Shown one piece after another: positions 19,303-29,578 of a stretch of 64,000 nucleotides of DNA. The notes beneath the pieces are model-generated. The model had not been told where the DNA came from, did no database searches, and worked only from the letters and a program-made list of their open reading frames with translations. The stretch comes from Armatimonadota bacterium. GTDB lineage: Bacteria; Armatimonadota; HRBIN16. How positions within the stretch are numbered: position 1 is the first letter of the stretch; every line of letters starts with the position of its first letter. The position numbers and the translations under genes were made by a program. The DNA lies in NCBI GenBank assembly GCA_963677485.1, contig OY781964.1, forward strand, positions 2,112,001-2,176,000, given 5' to 3'.

Positions 19303-21602
19303 TAAGCTTGAGCCTTTTCGGACAGCATCTGCGTCCACTTGCGGTATGCCTGCAGCGAGTAGGGCGGCTTGCCGGTGAGGTAGTAGTTGTGACCACTGCC
19401 GTTAGCCGATTGCCAGCAGATCATCCAGACGCCTTGTCCCTCTGTGCTGCTAACCTGCTGCACGCTGACGGAACTGTCGGCTGGCACATGCGCTTTGGCA
19501 TCGCAGAGCTGCTGGCCGGTCTCCACATCGATGATCTGGTAGCTGATGTCCAGCTCTTCCCGCGTGTCGTTGCATGCGATCAGCCGTTGCACGCCCTCGG
19601 CAGGCTCGCTGAGTGTCATTACGAACGGCTGCTGGCACTGCTTAATCACATGGTAAGCGCGCTTTTTGCTGAAGTAATAGTCGACCACAGCATCGGATAT
19701 CTGCGGGGCGCCATCGATGATGTTCCACCAGATGATGCCGGTGCGGCACCACTTGGTCATTCGGAACCGCTCGATGAAGAACTTCATCGCCTCGGCCTGC
19801 GAGATCTGGCTGGCATCCGCAAAGTCCTCCAGATTGTCCGGCACCTCGCCAAACAGCACCTTGATGTGGCTGGCCATCAGCTCCACTCGGTAGTCGAACA
19901 GGTCGATGCCCGGCACCGGTGAGATGGAGTGCAGCAGCCACTCCTTGTTGTCTTTGTATGGCCAGAGGGACTCGGGCGAGATAAACTTGCGCATCGACTC
20001 GGGAGAGGGACATCCGTGATAGCCCGTCTCGCTGGCGAAGTGGCAGATGTTGGTCTGGTAGTACGGGCCTTTGTAGTAGTCGCGCGGACCCCACAAGTGG
20101 TCTTCCGACATCGTGTTGCTACCGTTGGCGTAGGCCACGGTGTCGATGTAGGGTGAGCTGGGCAGATAGGGCGCTCCAGGCACCTCTTCACGCAGCACTC
20201 TGGGCAGCAGCTCGCGGGTGAGCACATTGGTGTTGGGGTCCACGTCGTCGTTCACGTAGCCGTAGTCGCACTCATTGTCGCCTGACCACAGCGCGATACA
20301 GGGGTGTTGGCGCAGCCGCTGCACCACCAGGCGCGCCTCATGCTCCAACCGCGACTGGAACTGCGCATCCTGGGGATAGTTGGCGCAGGCCATCGAAAAG
20401 TCCTGCCAGATCATGATGCCTTTACGGTCGCAGATCTCGTAGAATAGGTTGTTCTCATACACGTTCCCGCCCCAGCAGCGGATCATGTTGCAGCCGATGT
20501 CATCCACCAGCTCCAGCATGGCGGGGATGCGTTCTACATCGCGCGAATGGTAGGCGTCGGCGGGCACCCAGTTTGTGCCCAGCACGAACAGCTTTTCGTC
20601 ATTCACCTCAAAGCAGAACTCGCCGTTCCCCTCCGCATCGGTGATGCTGGTGCGGTTGAGCTTCACCGTGCGGATGCCGTGTGTAAAGCTTAGGGTGTCG
20701 ATCAGCTCACCATTCTTGAGCAGTTGCACCTGCACATCGTATAGCGACTGATCGCCACGGCCTTTCGGCCACCAGAGTCTGGGCTGAGTGAGATAGATAT
20801 TGAGTTTGCCAACATCAAACAGCATTTTGCTGCTGGCCGAGAACTGCGAATCACCGCAGGTGGCGGTCAACACGATCTGGTAGTTGTCGTCAATGCCCAT
20901 CTGCGTGCTGGCTTGATAGCTCAGGTAGAGATGCGCGCTTTGATGGTCTGGCGAGATGTGGCTGGTGCGCAGATACACCCGCTCCAGATGCTCCACGGGC
21001 CGGTAACGCAGCGTGATGGGCCGCCAAATTCCAGCGGATACCGCGCGGGGCATGATGTCCCAGCCGTACATATGGGCCGCTTTGCGTACATACAGCGAAT
21101 CATAGTTGGAACCCAGTGTTCGCAGGATCGGCGGGTAGTCGTATTTCTTCGCCTCCAGCACGGCCGGGCGGATGTGAATCAACAGCTCGTTGTGCGGCTG
21201 CAACAGACCTGTGAGGTCGAAGCAGTGCTCAATCAGCATGTTATCGGTGGAGGCCAGCAGCACGCTGTTGAGGTAGATGCCGGCATAGCAGTCCAGACCC
21301 TCCAGCAGCAGTTCCGGCGTCATGCCAGGCACGTCAAGCGCGTCGAACTCGCGGAAATACCATATGTGGCACTTTTCATACTGGAACAGCTTCGGCATGT
21401 TCATACTGTAGAACGGCTCACCGATGATGCCATTCGCCTGGAGGTCCAGCTCGAAGTTGCCAGGCACGGTGCAGGGCATGACCGGCAGCTCCGATGCCCG
21501 CAGTTCGTCTATGCTCTGAAAACTGTGATGCTGGGCGTCGGTATATGCAAACTGCCAGTTTCCACCTAGATCGATTTGGTGCTGCTGTGTCCTAAAGTCC
21601 AT
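19302..21602 (-). CDS. Beta-mannosidase-like GH2
   Basis: RKAAHMYGWD, GTNWVP, NMIRCWGG, WSGDNE, FASETG. Confidence 0.9.
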   Translation of the reverse strand: MDFRTQQHQIDLGGNWQFAYTDAQHHSFQSIDELRASELPVMPCTVPGNFELDLQANGIIGEPFYSMNMPKLFQYEKCHIWYFREFDALDVPGMTPELLLEGLDCYAGIYLNSVLLASTDNMLIEHCFDLTGLLQPHNELLIHIRPAVLEAKKYDYPPILRTLGSNYDSLYVRKAAHMYGWDIMPRAVSAGIWRPITLRYRPVEHLERVYLRTSHISPDHQSAHLYLSYQASTQMGIDDNYQIVLTATCGDSQFSASSKMLFDVGKLNIYLTQPRLWWPKGRGDQSLYDVQVQLLKNGELIDTLSFTHGIRTVKLNRTSITDAEGNGEFCFEVNDEKLFVLGTNWVPADAYHSRDVERIPAMLELVDDIGCNMIRCWGGNVYENNLFYEICDRKGIMIWQDFSMACANYPQDAQFQSRLEHEARLVVQRLRQHPCIALWSGDNECDYGYVNDDVDPNTNVLTRELLPRVLREEVPGAPYLPSSPYIDTVAYANGSNTMSEDHLWGPRDYYKGPYYQTNICHFASETGYHGCPSPESMRKFISPESLWPYKDNKEWLLHSISPVPGIDLFDYRVELMASHIKVLFGEVPDNLEDFADASQISQAEAMKFFIERFRMTKWCRTGIIWWNIIDGAPQISDAVVDYYFSKKRAYHVIKQCQQPFVMTLSEPAEGVQRLIACNDTREELDISYQIIDVETGQQLCDAKAHVPADSSVSVQQVSSTEGQGVWMICWQSANGSGHNYYLTGKPPYSLQAYRKWTQMLSEKAQA

Positions 21603-21699
21603 GGATGCCAATCCCCGCCTAGTGCTGTGTGATGCGTCGCACTATAGCAATTCGACTTTTGGGTGGCTTTTCCCTGCTCAGGGGTGTCGATAGCCGAAC

Positions 21700-22127
21700 A
21701 GCCACACCTGGGCTGGCCGTCCATATCGCGGCTACCAGCCACGCTGCCGCGGGTTTTGTCACCCCATGGGGCGATGGAACCCGTCGACACTGGGCTGACT
21801 GTCCATGTCGCAGGCTGCCAGCCATGCTGCCGCGGGTTTAGTCACCCCATGAATGGGGTTCCCTCACCGCGCGTCTAATGATTCGCAGCCCGCAAGCGGG
21901 CGTAGGGGGTGTCTGCGATGCGTCCGCTTCAGCGGACTACCAACTGATCAGCGACGGGTGATGGAGCCCCCTGAGGCGATGGAACCCGTCGACACTGGGC
22001 TGACTGTCCATATCGCTGCTACCAGCCACGCTGCCGCGGGTTTAGTCACCCCATGAATGGGGTTCCCTCACCGCGCGTCTAGACATTTGCAGCCCGCGAG
22101 CGTCCGCTTCAGCGGACTGCCTACTAA
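21700..22127. repeat. Tandem copies (205-bp period) of repeat family B
   Basis: gcgatggaacccgtcgacactgggctgactgtccat...gctgccgcgggtttagtcaccccatgaatggggttccctcaccgcgcgtcta at 21771 and 21976, plus a partial copy before them. Confidence 0.9.
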
Positions 22128-22523
22128 TCACTCTTGATAACTGACGAAACCTGCGTCCAGAAAGTGTTTATCAAAGCCGATGAACTCATGGCATCCGTGC
22201 TTGCGCATTACCTGAAAACTGACTACATCGACCAGGCTTAGCTGCGACTTGGCACTCAGTTCCAGGGCGTTTATCGCCTGAGTGTGCATCTCTGCGTCTA
22301 CCCATACCACGTGAAATAACTCCGTTGACCTCATGAAGAGCATGGCTGCATCTAGCCCGATCCTTCTTTGAAGCAGAGCCACTGCTTCCACGATCACATA
22401 GTTGTGAAGTAGAAATTCTGCACCATTAGTATCTGCTGACTGCATCATACTCAGTGCCTGTGCATGGTAGATATCTGTGGGCATTGCCAGGGCGATGATG
22501 CCGGAGGTGTCAAGAAATATCAA
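22128..22523 (-). CDS. vapC: PIN-domain toxin (VapC family)
   Basis: IFLDTSG, E, SLVD, GFDKHF acidic PIN residues. Confidence 0.92.
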   Translation of the reverse strand: MIFLDTSGIIALAMPTDIYHAQALSMMQSADTNGAEFLLHNYVIVEAVALLQRRIGLDAAMLFMRSTELFHVVWVDAEMHTQAINALELSAKSQLSLVDVVSFQVMRKHGCHEFIGFDKHFLDAGFVSYQE

Positions 22524-22774
22524 CCGAGTTCCTCAGCCAGGTAGTCATCGTGACGAATTGAGAGCTCCGTTTCGCCCGTTTTGCCTGTGCCAATCCAACC
22601 GTATTTGGCCTGAAGTGCCGTATGGTCCGCAGCGACGTCCAAGTTCACAGCCAAACCAAGCTTTTCATGCAGTATTTCACGCACTACCGCCGACATCGAG
22701 CGCTTCTGCTTATGTGCGGCATCCCGCAATGCTTCATACGTCACATTGTCTATCTGTAGTTGTGTTCTGACCAT
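22520..22774 (-). CDS. Ribbon-helix-helix antitoxin (VapB/CopG-like)
   Basis: MVRTQLQID...SMSAVVRE; C-terminal S.RHDDYL; overlaps the vapC start. Confidence 0.85.
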   Translation of the reverse strand: MVRTQLQIDNVTYEALRDAAHKQKRSMSAVVREILHEKLGLAVNLDVAADHTALQAKYGWIGTGKTGETELSIRHDDYLAEELG

Positions 22775-23009
22775 CGTAACCTCCGCATATCATTGGCTAA
22801 GTATATCCAGTACATCATAACATCATGTCGTCATGTATCCATCAGCTCCAGTATACCCGCAGATGAGCGTTCATTGGCGTTGATGCAGCCGTATCATGGC
22901 CGAAACGCTGTTGGTACGCATATGCCTCTCCAGAAGGAATACACAGCCATCAGCGTGAACCTAATATCGACAGGAAAGAACGCATAATCTTTCATGAGGT
23001 GCCAATATC

Positions 23010-25682
23010 ATGCCCAACACGCCGAAAATCATCGCAGAATGGCAATACAATAAGCCTGGAGTGCCCACTAACTGGGTTGTTGCTCAGGATATCTCAGGTT
23101 TCGGTATCAAGGGGGGGCTGTTGTCGGGTGATGTCACGGCGCAGACATGCTTCATGATGTGCAACGGGCTGTCTTTTCCCACAAGCCCCTACCAATGCCT
23201 TCATATGCGGGTGCGAGCCAAGCAGACCGGTGAGGGCAATATGCTGTGGATGGGGCCGACAGACCCCACACATAACTGGGACCGGCGTGTGCCCTTCAGC
23301 ATCAAGCAATCGGGCAAGTGGCAGGATGTGGTTCTGTACCCGTTCTGGCAGACGGAAAAAAGCATCAGCGGACTGCGGATCGACCTTCGCGGTCCTGGCA
23401 GATTTGACATCGAATTTATTCGCGTCATCCAGTGGGCAGAGGCCGAATCGGCCAGCCAGCAGACATCGTGGCAGTTTGACCAGCAGCAGCAACAGTCCTG
23501 GCGGAGCGGGCCAGACCCCTTGACGATGTTTGCACCTCCGGTCAAGCTCGATCTGTTTGCACGGCGTTATGTCACGCTGAAACTCCGAAGCGCTGTCTCC
23601 GGTAGCTGCCGGCTGGTATACGCAGCCGAAACGGCATCCGGTATGCTCTGGGAGCCGTTTGAGGTGCAAGCCAGTCCGCAGACTCAAAACTACACGGTGG
23701 AACTGCAGGGCGCCTGGCCAGGCCGGGCGAACTGGAGTTGGCGTGACCCCATCATCGCACTGGGTGTTCAAATTCCCGATCAGATGCAGGGCAAGCTGGT
23801 TTGGGAAGGCATGGATATCAATGCCCGACCCCAAGGCCCGGCTGAAATCCAGGTGAAGTATTTCGGCTTCGATGAGGCGATCAACCGCACGGGCCGACCA
23901 AGCCGTATAGTGGCGGAGCTGCTCAACTCAGGCGGGGTCGACGCACCCAGGCAAGAGGTTAGCCTCGGTCTGCCGATGGGCGTCAAAGCGGATACAGCCA
24001 GTTTGAGACAGACGGTGGACTTGCCATCAGGCGGCGCCGTCACCCGCGTGAGCTGGATGGTCACGGCGGAGAGTGCCAAGAGATACGGATTCAAGCTGTC
24101 CGTTCAGGGTAAGCAGCAGGCATCAACGCAGTTGCAGTTCATGAACGCCGTGGAGCTGACCAACGAAACTTCCGTGCCCAAGCCGAAACCAGTGAAGACC
24201 CTCACCGACATCTATATGTATTACTTCCCGGGCTGGGAGATTGATGCGCGCTGGGATTGCGTGCGCCGAGTCGCCCCAGAGCGCAAACCCTGGCTGGGAT
24301 ACTACGATGAAACACGCCCCGAGCTGGTCGACTGGCAGATCAAGGCCGCGGTGGATAACGGCATCACAGGCTACATTCTGGACTGGTACTGGGCCGACGG
24401 CCGCCTCAGCTTGAATCACTGGCTGGAGAACTACGCCAAGTCGCGGTATCGCGATATGCTCAAAATTTCGCTCATGTGGTGCAACCATGTGGGTGTGCAG
24501 GACCGCCACGATTTCCTGAAGTTGATCCGTTACTGCATCGAAAACGCCTTTGGCTGGAAGAGCTACATCACCATAGACCAGAAGCCGCTGATCGTGGTGT
24601 GGGATAGCGACCGGCTGCGGAATGGGATGGGCGGCAGCACGGCAGTGGCCAACCTGTTTTCCGAGGCCGAACAACTGGCGGTCCAAGCCGGTTATAAAGG
24701 CATCACATTCATGGAATCCGGCATGTATATGCCCGCCACCAGAGCCCGCACCGCGATCGTCAAAGCCGATGGTTATACCGGCTTCATGACGTATCATGAC
24801 TGGTGGAAGGCCAGCTTCCTGGCACCCAGCGGCCGCGAGGTTGGCTTCGATGACATCGTCAAGACGGCGGAGCAAACCTGGGATGAGAAGCGCAAGGCGG
24901 CCAGCGGGATGCGGTACTATCGGGTGCTCGACAGCGGTTGGGATCCTCGTCCCTGGCATGGCGATGGACCCAGAGCTGGCCGTATCATCCACCGCACGCC
25001 AGAGCTTTTCGAGGCGTTGCTGCACAAGACGCGCACCGACTGGCAGCGGCACAAACAAGAATTCATATTGCTGGGCCCGGCCAACGAATGGGGTGAAGGC
25101 AGCTACATTGAGCCGAATGTGGAGCACGGCTTCCGCATGTACGAGGCGGTGCGCAACGTCTTCGCCACCACACCCAAACGGAACTGGCCAGAGAACATTG
25201 GGCCGGTGGATGTGGGTCTACCGCCGATCGAGTTCCCGCCCCTGCCTTTGCAATCAAGCTGGCATTTCGATCGGTCAGTTCAGGGATGGAGCCCCATGAT
25301 GTGCATCACCCAATTTGGTGTCACAGATGGTGCTTTACGCTTCCACAGCTCGCTGGATGACCCTGCGATAGAGTGCCATGCCCGGGTAGATATGCGCACC
25401 GCCAACCGTCTGCGTGTGAAAATGCAGGTTAAGAGCTATACACAGCAGGCACTGTCGGCTCGATTGTTTTGGGGAACTGCGAAGGGTGAGTTCAGCATAC
25501 AAGCTAGTGTTGGTATATGGATACAACATGATATACCTTTGGAGTTAAACACGATCATGCGGACATATACGGTTGACATACCACCCGAATTCCGAACAGG
25601 CGAAACCCGCATTTTACGCTTCGACCCATGTGAGGTGGCTGATGCAGACATCGCGATCGAAAGCATCGAACTGCTGCCGTAG
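23010..25682 (+). CDS. GH99-like (WbsX-like) domain protein with N- and C-terminal beta-sandwich modules
   Basis: YYFPGW, PWLGYYDE, DWQIK.A, DWYW, GWDPRPW, NEWGEGSYIEP. Confidence 0.8.
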   Translation: MPNTPKIIAEWQYNKPGVPTNWVVAQDISGFGIKGGLLSGDVTAQTCFMMCNGLSFPTSPYQCLHMRVRAKQTGEGNMLWMGPTDPTHNWDRRVPFSIKQSGKWQDVVLYPFWQTEKSISGLRIDLRGPGRFDIEFIRVIQWAEAESASQQTSWQFDQQQQQSWRSGPDPLTMFAPPVKLDLFARRYVTLKLRSAVSGSCRLVYAAETASGMLWEPFEVQASPQTQNYTVELQGAWPGRANWSWRDPIIALGVQIPDQMQGKLVWEGMDINARPQGPAEIQVKYFGFDEAINRTGRPSRIVAELLNSGGVDAPRQEVSLGLPMGVKADTASLRQTVDLPSGGAVTRVSWMVTAESAKRYGFKLSVQGKQQASTQLQFMNAVELTNETSVPKPKPVKTLTDIYMYYFPGWEIDARWDCVRRVAPERKPWLGYYDETRPELVDWQIKAAVDNGITGYILDWYWADGRLSLNHWLENYAKSRYRDMLKISLMWCNHVGVQDRHDFLKLIRYCIENAFGWKSYITIDQKPLIVVWDSDRLRNGMGGSTAVANLFSEAEQLAVQAGYKGITFMESGMYMPATRARTAIVKADGYTGFMTYHDWWKASFLAPSGREVGFDDIVKTAEQTWDEKRKAASGMRYYRVLDSGWDPRPWHGDGPRAGRIIHRTPELFEALLHKTRTDWQRHKQEFILLGPANEWGEGSYIEPNVEHGFRMYEAVRNVFATTPKRNWPENIGPVDVGLPPIEFPPLPLQSSWHFDRSVQGWSPMMCITQFGVTDGALRFHSSLDDPAIECHARVDMRTANRLRVKMQVKSYTQQALSARLFWGTAKGEFSIQASVGIWIQHDIPLELNTIMRTYTVDIPPEFRTGETRILRFDPCEVADADIAIESIELLP

Positions 25683-25698
25683 AGTTGGGGGGATCTGT

Positions 25699-25845
25699 AT
25701 TGCCTAAGTCCGGGGCGGTTTTCTCCTAACCGCGCCGGTCTTGATTGATTCGTGACAAGTGGTATCGGGTTATCCGCCAGACCGGCGCGGTCTTGAGCCT
25801 TCTGCAGTCGCTGGCTTACTGACAGACCGCCCCGGACATTGGCAG
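25699..25845. repeat. Solo REPIN family A unit
   Basis: attgcctaagtccggggcggttttctcctaaccgcgccggtc...agaccggcgcggtc...agaccgccccggacattggca, between convergent genes. Confidence 0.92.
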
Positions 25846-25875
25846 CTCGTGACGTTGTACACGGATATCCGGTGT

Positions 25876-27093
25876 CTACAGATGCAGCCGCAGTTTGCGC
25901 AGCACCGCCGCGAAGTTGGTGTCGCCATGAATGCCCCAGGCGCGCAGGTAGGCTGCCCGCAGATCGGTCTGCTTTGTGCTGAAAGCGCCCAAGGCGATCT
26001 GAGCGGCCCGGGCCAGACTGACTGAGCTGACATGATAGGCCACCGCGGGATAGATGATGGGCATCAAACCACGCACTCCGGCGGTACAAAAGCCTAGCCG
26101 CGCCTTCATGCTGCCAAAACCAATGGTTTTGCCTTTACACATATTCATGGCCTTTTTGGCCAGCCCTTTCAGGCTCATTCCTTCATGCAGCGTGTGCGCC
26201 AAGGCCTTATCGCAATACTCATCCCAGCTCATTTCGAATGATTTTAACCGGATCCGTTCCACCATCAAGTGTACCGGGGCCAATGCCGCACGAATTTCGT
26301 CCATCCAGGCCGCCAGGTCGCGCGTCATATATGGGGCGTAATTTGGTCGGAACCGGAACTCCATACAGTCATCGTAAAGCGTCTGGAACCCAGGGTCGAC
26401 ATCTTTGCGTGCCTGCATTCTCTTTTGTTTTTCCAGGTAGCTCCAGTCATAGTCGTTCAAGAAGAACAACAGTGCATCGCCGTAGCCAATCACGCCTTTC
26501 ACCACGTGCTTGACGATGGTACGACGGTCATCTTCGCTCAATCCGCCCCGTTCAAGGATGGCGTCGTTGATGATGAACAGGGTACCGCGGTTGGTCAGCA
26601 GGTTGCGCGCATCAGCGGGAACCACCCGATCAAGGTTAAACTGATGAAGACCAGGCACATAGCCCGCATCCCCCAGAATGGTCTTGTGCCCATACCGCAT
26701 GTCATACCACATGACCAGGCACTCACTGCCCTCAAGTTTCGCAGTGTTGATGGTGCTCAAATCCATACCCAGCCCATACAGCTCAATTAACGGTTGCAAG
26801 CCGGTGTCTATGCGTTCTTTCAGTTCCGCCAACCGACTCTCAGGAAGGTTGTTGCATATCAGCAAAAAATCCAGGTTGTTATGGGGCACTTCATTGCCGT
26901 CGGGCTGTGTTTCTACGCCGCCTTCACCACGCCCATATCCGCCCAGCATGATCAAGCAGCGCATCTCTTGCGGTGCCACCGCGTTAGTCACCACCATGCC
27001 AACATCCTTAGCGGCACTGGTCACCAACCGCTCCACTTCAACCCCGCCTTTGGCGGTGAAACGTCCGAATGGCCTTTCAGCGCTGGTCATCAT
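25876..27093 (-). CDS. Uncharacterised nucleotidyltransferase-fold protein at the end of the polysaccharide operon
   Basis: hhhGGYGRGEGG...NNLDFLLI resembles the Pol-beta NTase signature. Confidence 0.6.
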   Translation of the reverse strand: MMTSAERPFGRFTAKGGVEVERLVTSAAKDVGMVVTNAVAPQEMRCLIMLGGYGRGEGGVETQPDGNEVPHNNLDFLLICNNLPESRLAELKERIDTGLQPLIELYGLGMDLSTINTAKLEGSECLVMWYDMRYGHKTILGDAGYVPGLHQFNLDRVVPADARNLLTNRGTLFIINDAILERGGLSEDDRRTIVKHVVKGVIGYGDALLFFLNDYDWSYLEKQKRMQARKDVDPGFQTLYDDCMEFRFRPNYAPYMTRDLAAWMDEIRAALAPVHLMVERIRLKSFEMSWDEYCDKALAHTLHEGMSLKGLAKKAMNMCKGKTIGFGSMKARLGFCTAGVRGLMPIIYPAVAYHVSSVSLARAAQIALGAFSTKQTDLRAAYLRAWGIHGDTNFAAVLRKLRLHL

Positions 27094-28241
27094 GGCCTCC
27101 TGTTGGCCTCAAAAAGGGCCAGTAACCGTGAGATATGGCAGTCCGGTGTAAAGGACTGCAGGTAGTTGTTCATGGCATTTTGCCCCATCTTGCGTGCCTC
27201 TTCAGGTTGGTTCAGCACCGCCATCATCTTTTCAGCGAGCTGTTCCGGGTGATTGGGCTGGATGCCATATCCGTTGTGGCCGTCCTGCAGCCATTCGGTC
27301 ACGCCGCCGATCTGGCTGGCTATGACGGGGGTGCCCACGCGGAAGGCTTCAGGGCCTCCTAGACCGAACGTCTCCGGCGTGCGGCTGGGCATCAGTGCCG
27401 CGGCAGCGCGTGCATTCCATTCAATCAAGGTGTCAGAGTTGACCCGCCCTTCAAAATGCACAGAATCTCCCACTCCAAGCTGTTGGCACAGTGCTTTGTG
27501 TTCGAGCTCTTTACGACCGCTGCCGAATATGCGCACCTCAGCGCGGCCATCCAGCAGCTTTGCAGCCTGCAGAGTGGTGTCGATGCCTTTACCCGTCACA
27601 AGCTGCGCGGCCAGAACAAACAGGTTTGGCTGCCGAGGCACATCAGGCACTTGAACAGGCAGGGCGTAAAGCGGGATACCATGAACCTGTGAGCGGTCAA
27701 ACCCGTGGGCGATGATATGCTCTGCCATATAGCTGGATCCGGTCACAACACCCTGCATTTGCATCATGATGCGGTGGTGTTTCCTCAAGCTTCCGCAGGT
27801 GGTGATGCCCAACGGGGGGAAGCCATCCCGCCGGTTCAAGAAGCCCAGGCACGGCAGATAACAATACGGCCCGATGGTGCGTGAACAGGTATGCCATCCA
27901 ATGGCGGTGTACTTATGCTCCCTCAAACAAAACAGTTTGTGGTCATGGATAAACCGGAAGGTGGGCACTGCACTATCAGCAAACTGCTTCAGTAATCCAA
28001 TGTCTTCAAGCCGGTGTATGTAGATCACATCCGGCGTCAATTCAGTCATCTGGCGGGGGATGTCCACCATAGGGTAGGCTTGCGTAAACGGGGCCAGGAA
28101 TGCAGCATCTGCGCGTGAGCGTACATCATACAGCAGGACATTCTCGTGCCCCGCATCGGCCAGCAGTTTGGCCGTGTTGTGGATGTATCCTTCTGCGCCA
28201 CCCATCGGATAAGCGTTCTCATTGACCCACAGTATACGCAT
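27090..28241 (-). CDS. Glycosyltransferase family 4
   Basis: GGAE, KG, PETFGLGGPEA, PVIASQIGG. Confidence 0.9.
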   Translation of the reverse strand: MRILWVNENAYPMGGAEGYIHNTAKLLADAGHENVLLYDVRSRADAAFLAPFTQAYPMVDIPRQMTELTPDVIYIHRLEDIGLLKQFADSAVPTFRFIHDHKLFCLREHKYTAIGWHTCSRTIGPYCYLPCLGFLNRRDGFPPLGITTCGSLRKHHRIMMQMQGVVTGSSYMAEHIIAHGFDRSQVHGIPLYALPVQVPDVPRQPNLFVLAAQLVTGKGIDTTLQAAKLLDGRAEVRIFGSGRKELEHKALCQQLGVGDSVHFEGRVNSDTLIEWNARAAAALMPSRTPETFGLGGPEAFRVGTPVIASQIGGVTEWLQDGHNGYGIQPNHPEQLAEKMMAVLNQPEEARKMGQNAMNNYLQSFTPDCHISRLLALFEANRRP

Positions 28242-29492
28242 CTAGTTTTGAATCACCTTGCGGCGGGCCGTACGGACCTCATTGTAGATGGCGACCATGC
28301 GTTTGGTAATGATCTCCCAGCTATATTGTTGTTGTGCCTTGACCAGGCCCTTCTCGGCCAGGCCTTGGCTGATAGCCGGATGCATCAGCACATCACACAC
28401 CGTCCGAGCCATTGCGGAGATATCCGAGGGATCAAACATCATCGCATCATATTCGTGCTTCACAAAACTGGGAACCCCGCCCACCCGGGCGGCGGCAACT
28501 GGCAAGCCAGCGGCCCATGCCTCTAGTATCACAATGCCGAAAGGCTCATGGATGGAGGGCAGTAAGAACATATCTGCGGCGTGGTATGCGTTCACCAGGT
28601 CGGGTGAATGAGCATCAATCCCCGGAATCAGCACCACACGGTCAGCGACACCCAACTGCTGAGCCATCTGAACAACCTTCTCCATGTAAGGCGTATTGGT
28701 CACATGCCCGATCAGCAGAAGATAGACATCGGGCAGTTGTTTACGGATTTCCACTAAAGCCTGGACGGCACCAAGCTGGTTCTTCTGGTGATCGATCCGT
28801 CCCATCACCAATACCAGTTGGGCGTGTTCAGGTATTCCATGCGCCGCGCGGAAAGCGGTGCGGTCACCCTTCGCAAACCGTGCCACATCAACTCCGTTAG
28901 GCACATGCTCTACCCGCAAACTCGGGTAACGCTTGCGGACCTGCTCACACTCAGTCGTACCAACACAGATCACCGCATCGGCATCAGGCACCACCTGACG
29001 TGAACCGAGCATCACGCCCAGAGGCTTGCCCCACTCAAACGATCCTTTGAACGGCGACACCACCGAGGCGAACTCCTCGTCGGGAACATCAAATAACCCA
29101 CCATGCAGGGTCACCACATAGGGGATTTTCCGCTGTTTTGCGACCACTCGGGCCGATCCGCCCAGTCTTTTGAAGGTATGAAGATGGATGATATCGAGGT
29201 TCGGTTCCTTACGCAGTGCGTTCATCAGAGGTAGAGAGACTAAATTGCCGCCTTTTCGGTCCATTTGCAGCCTGGCATCATCGGTAAGTCCCCACCAAGG
29301 ATAGCAGTAGTCAAAACGGCGCACTGGAATCCCGTCAATCAGCTCAGCGTGGTCCTTAGCAAGTGCCATAGAAGTGAAAATCGAGGTGTCATGGCCCAGT
29401 TGCTGCAGTTGCTTGCTAGTCTCGAGGATCACCGTCTCGGTGCCTCCCCAGTCTGACTGGACAAACCGGCGTGGAATCTGAATCACCTTCAC
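28242..29492 (-). CDS. Glycosyltransferase family 4
   Basis: GGTE, QKNQ, EPFGIVILEAWAAG; GTG start with GGAGG RBS. Confidence 0.92.
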   Translation of the reverse strand: MKVIQIPRRFVQSDWGGTETVILETSKQLQQLGHDTSIFTSMALAKDHAELIDGIPVRRFDYCYPWWGLTDDARLQMDRKGGNLVSLPLMNALRKEPNLDIIHLHTFKRLGGSARVVAKQRKIPYVVTLHGGLFDVPDEEFASVVSPFKGSFEWGKPLGVMLGSRQVVPDADAVICVGTTECEQVRKRYPSLRVEHVPNGVDVARFAKGDRTAFRAAHGIPEHAQLVLVMGRIDHQKNQLGAVQALVEIRKQLPDVYLLLIGHVTNTPYMEKVVQMAQQLGVADRVVLIPGIDAHSPDLVNAYHAADMFLLPSIHEPFGIVILEAWAAGLPVAAARVGGVPSFVKHEYDAMMFDPSDISAMARTVCDVLMHPAISQGLAEKGLVKAQQQYSWEIITKRMVAIYNEVRTARRKVIQN

Positions 29493-29578
29493 GCTAAACG
29501 CACCTCCTACGGTATGAGCCGTGGAAATAGTGGGCTGTATAGTCACGGACAGTGTTTTGCCAGCAACAGCCCGGCAGA

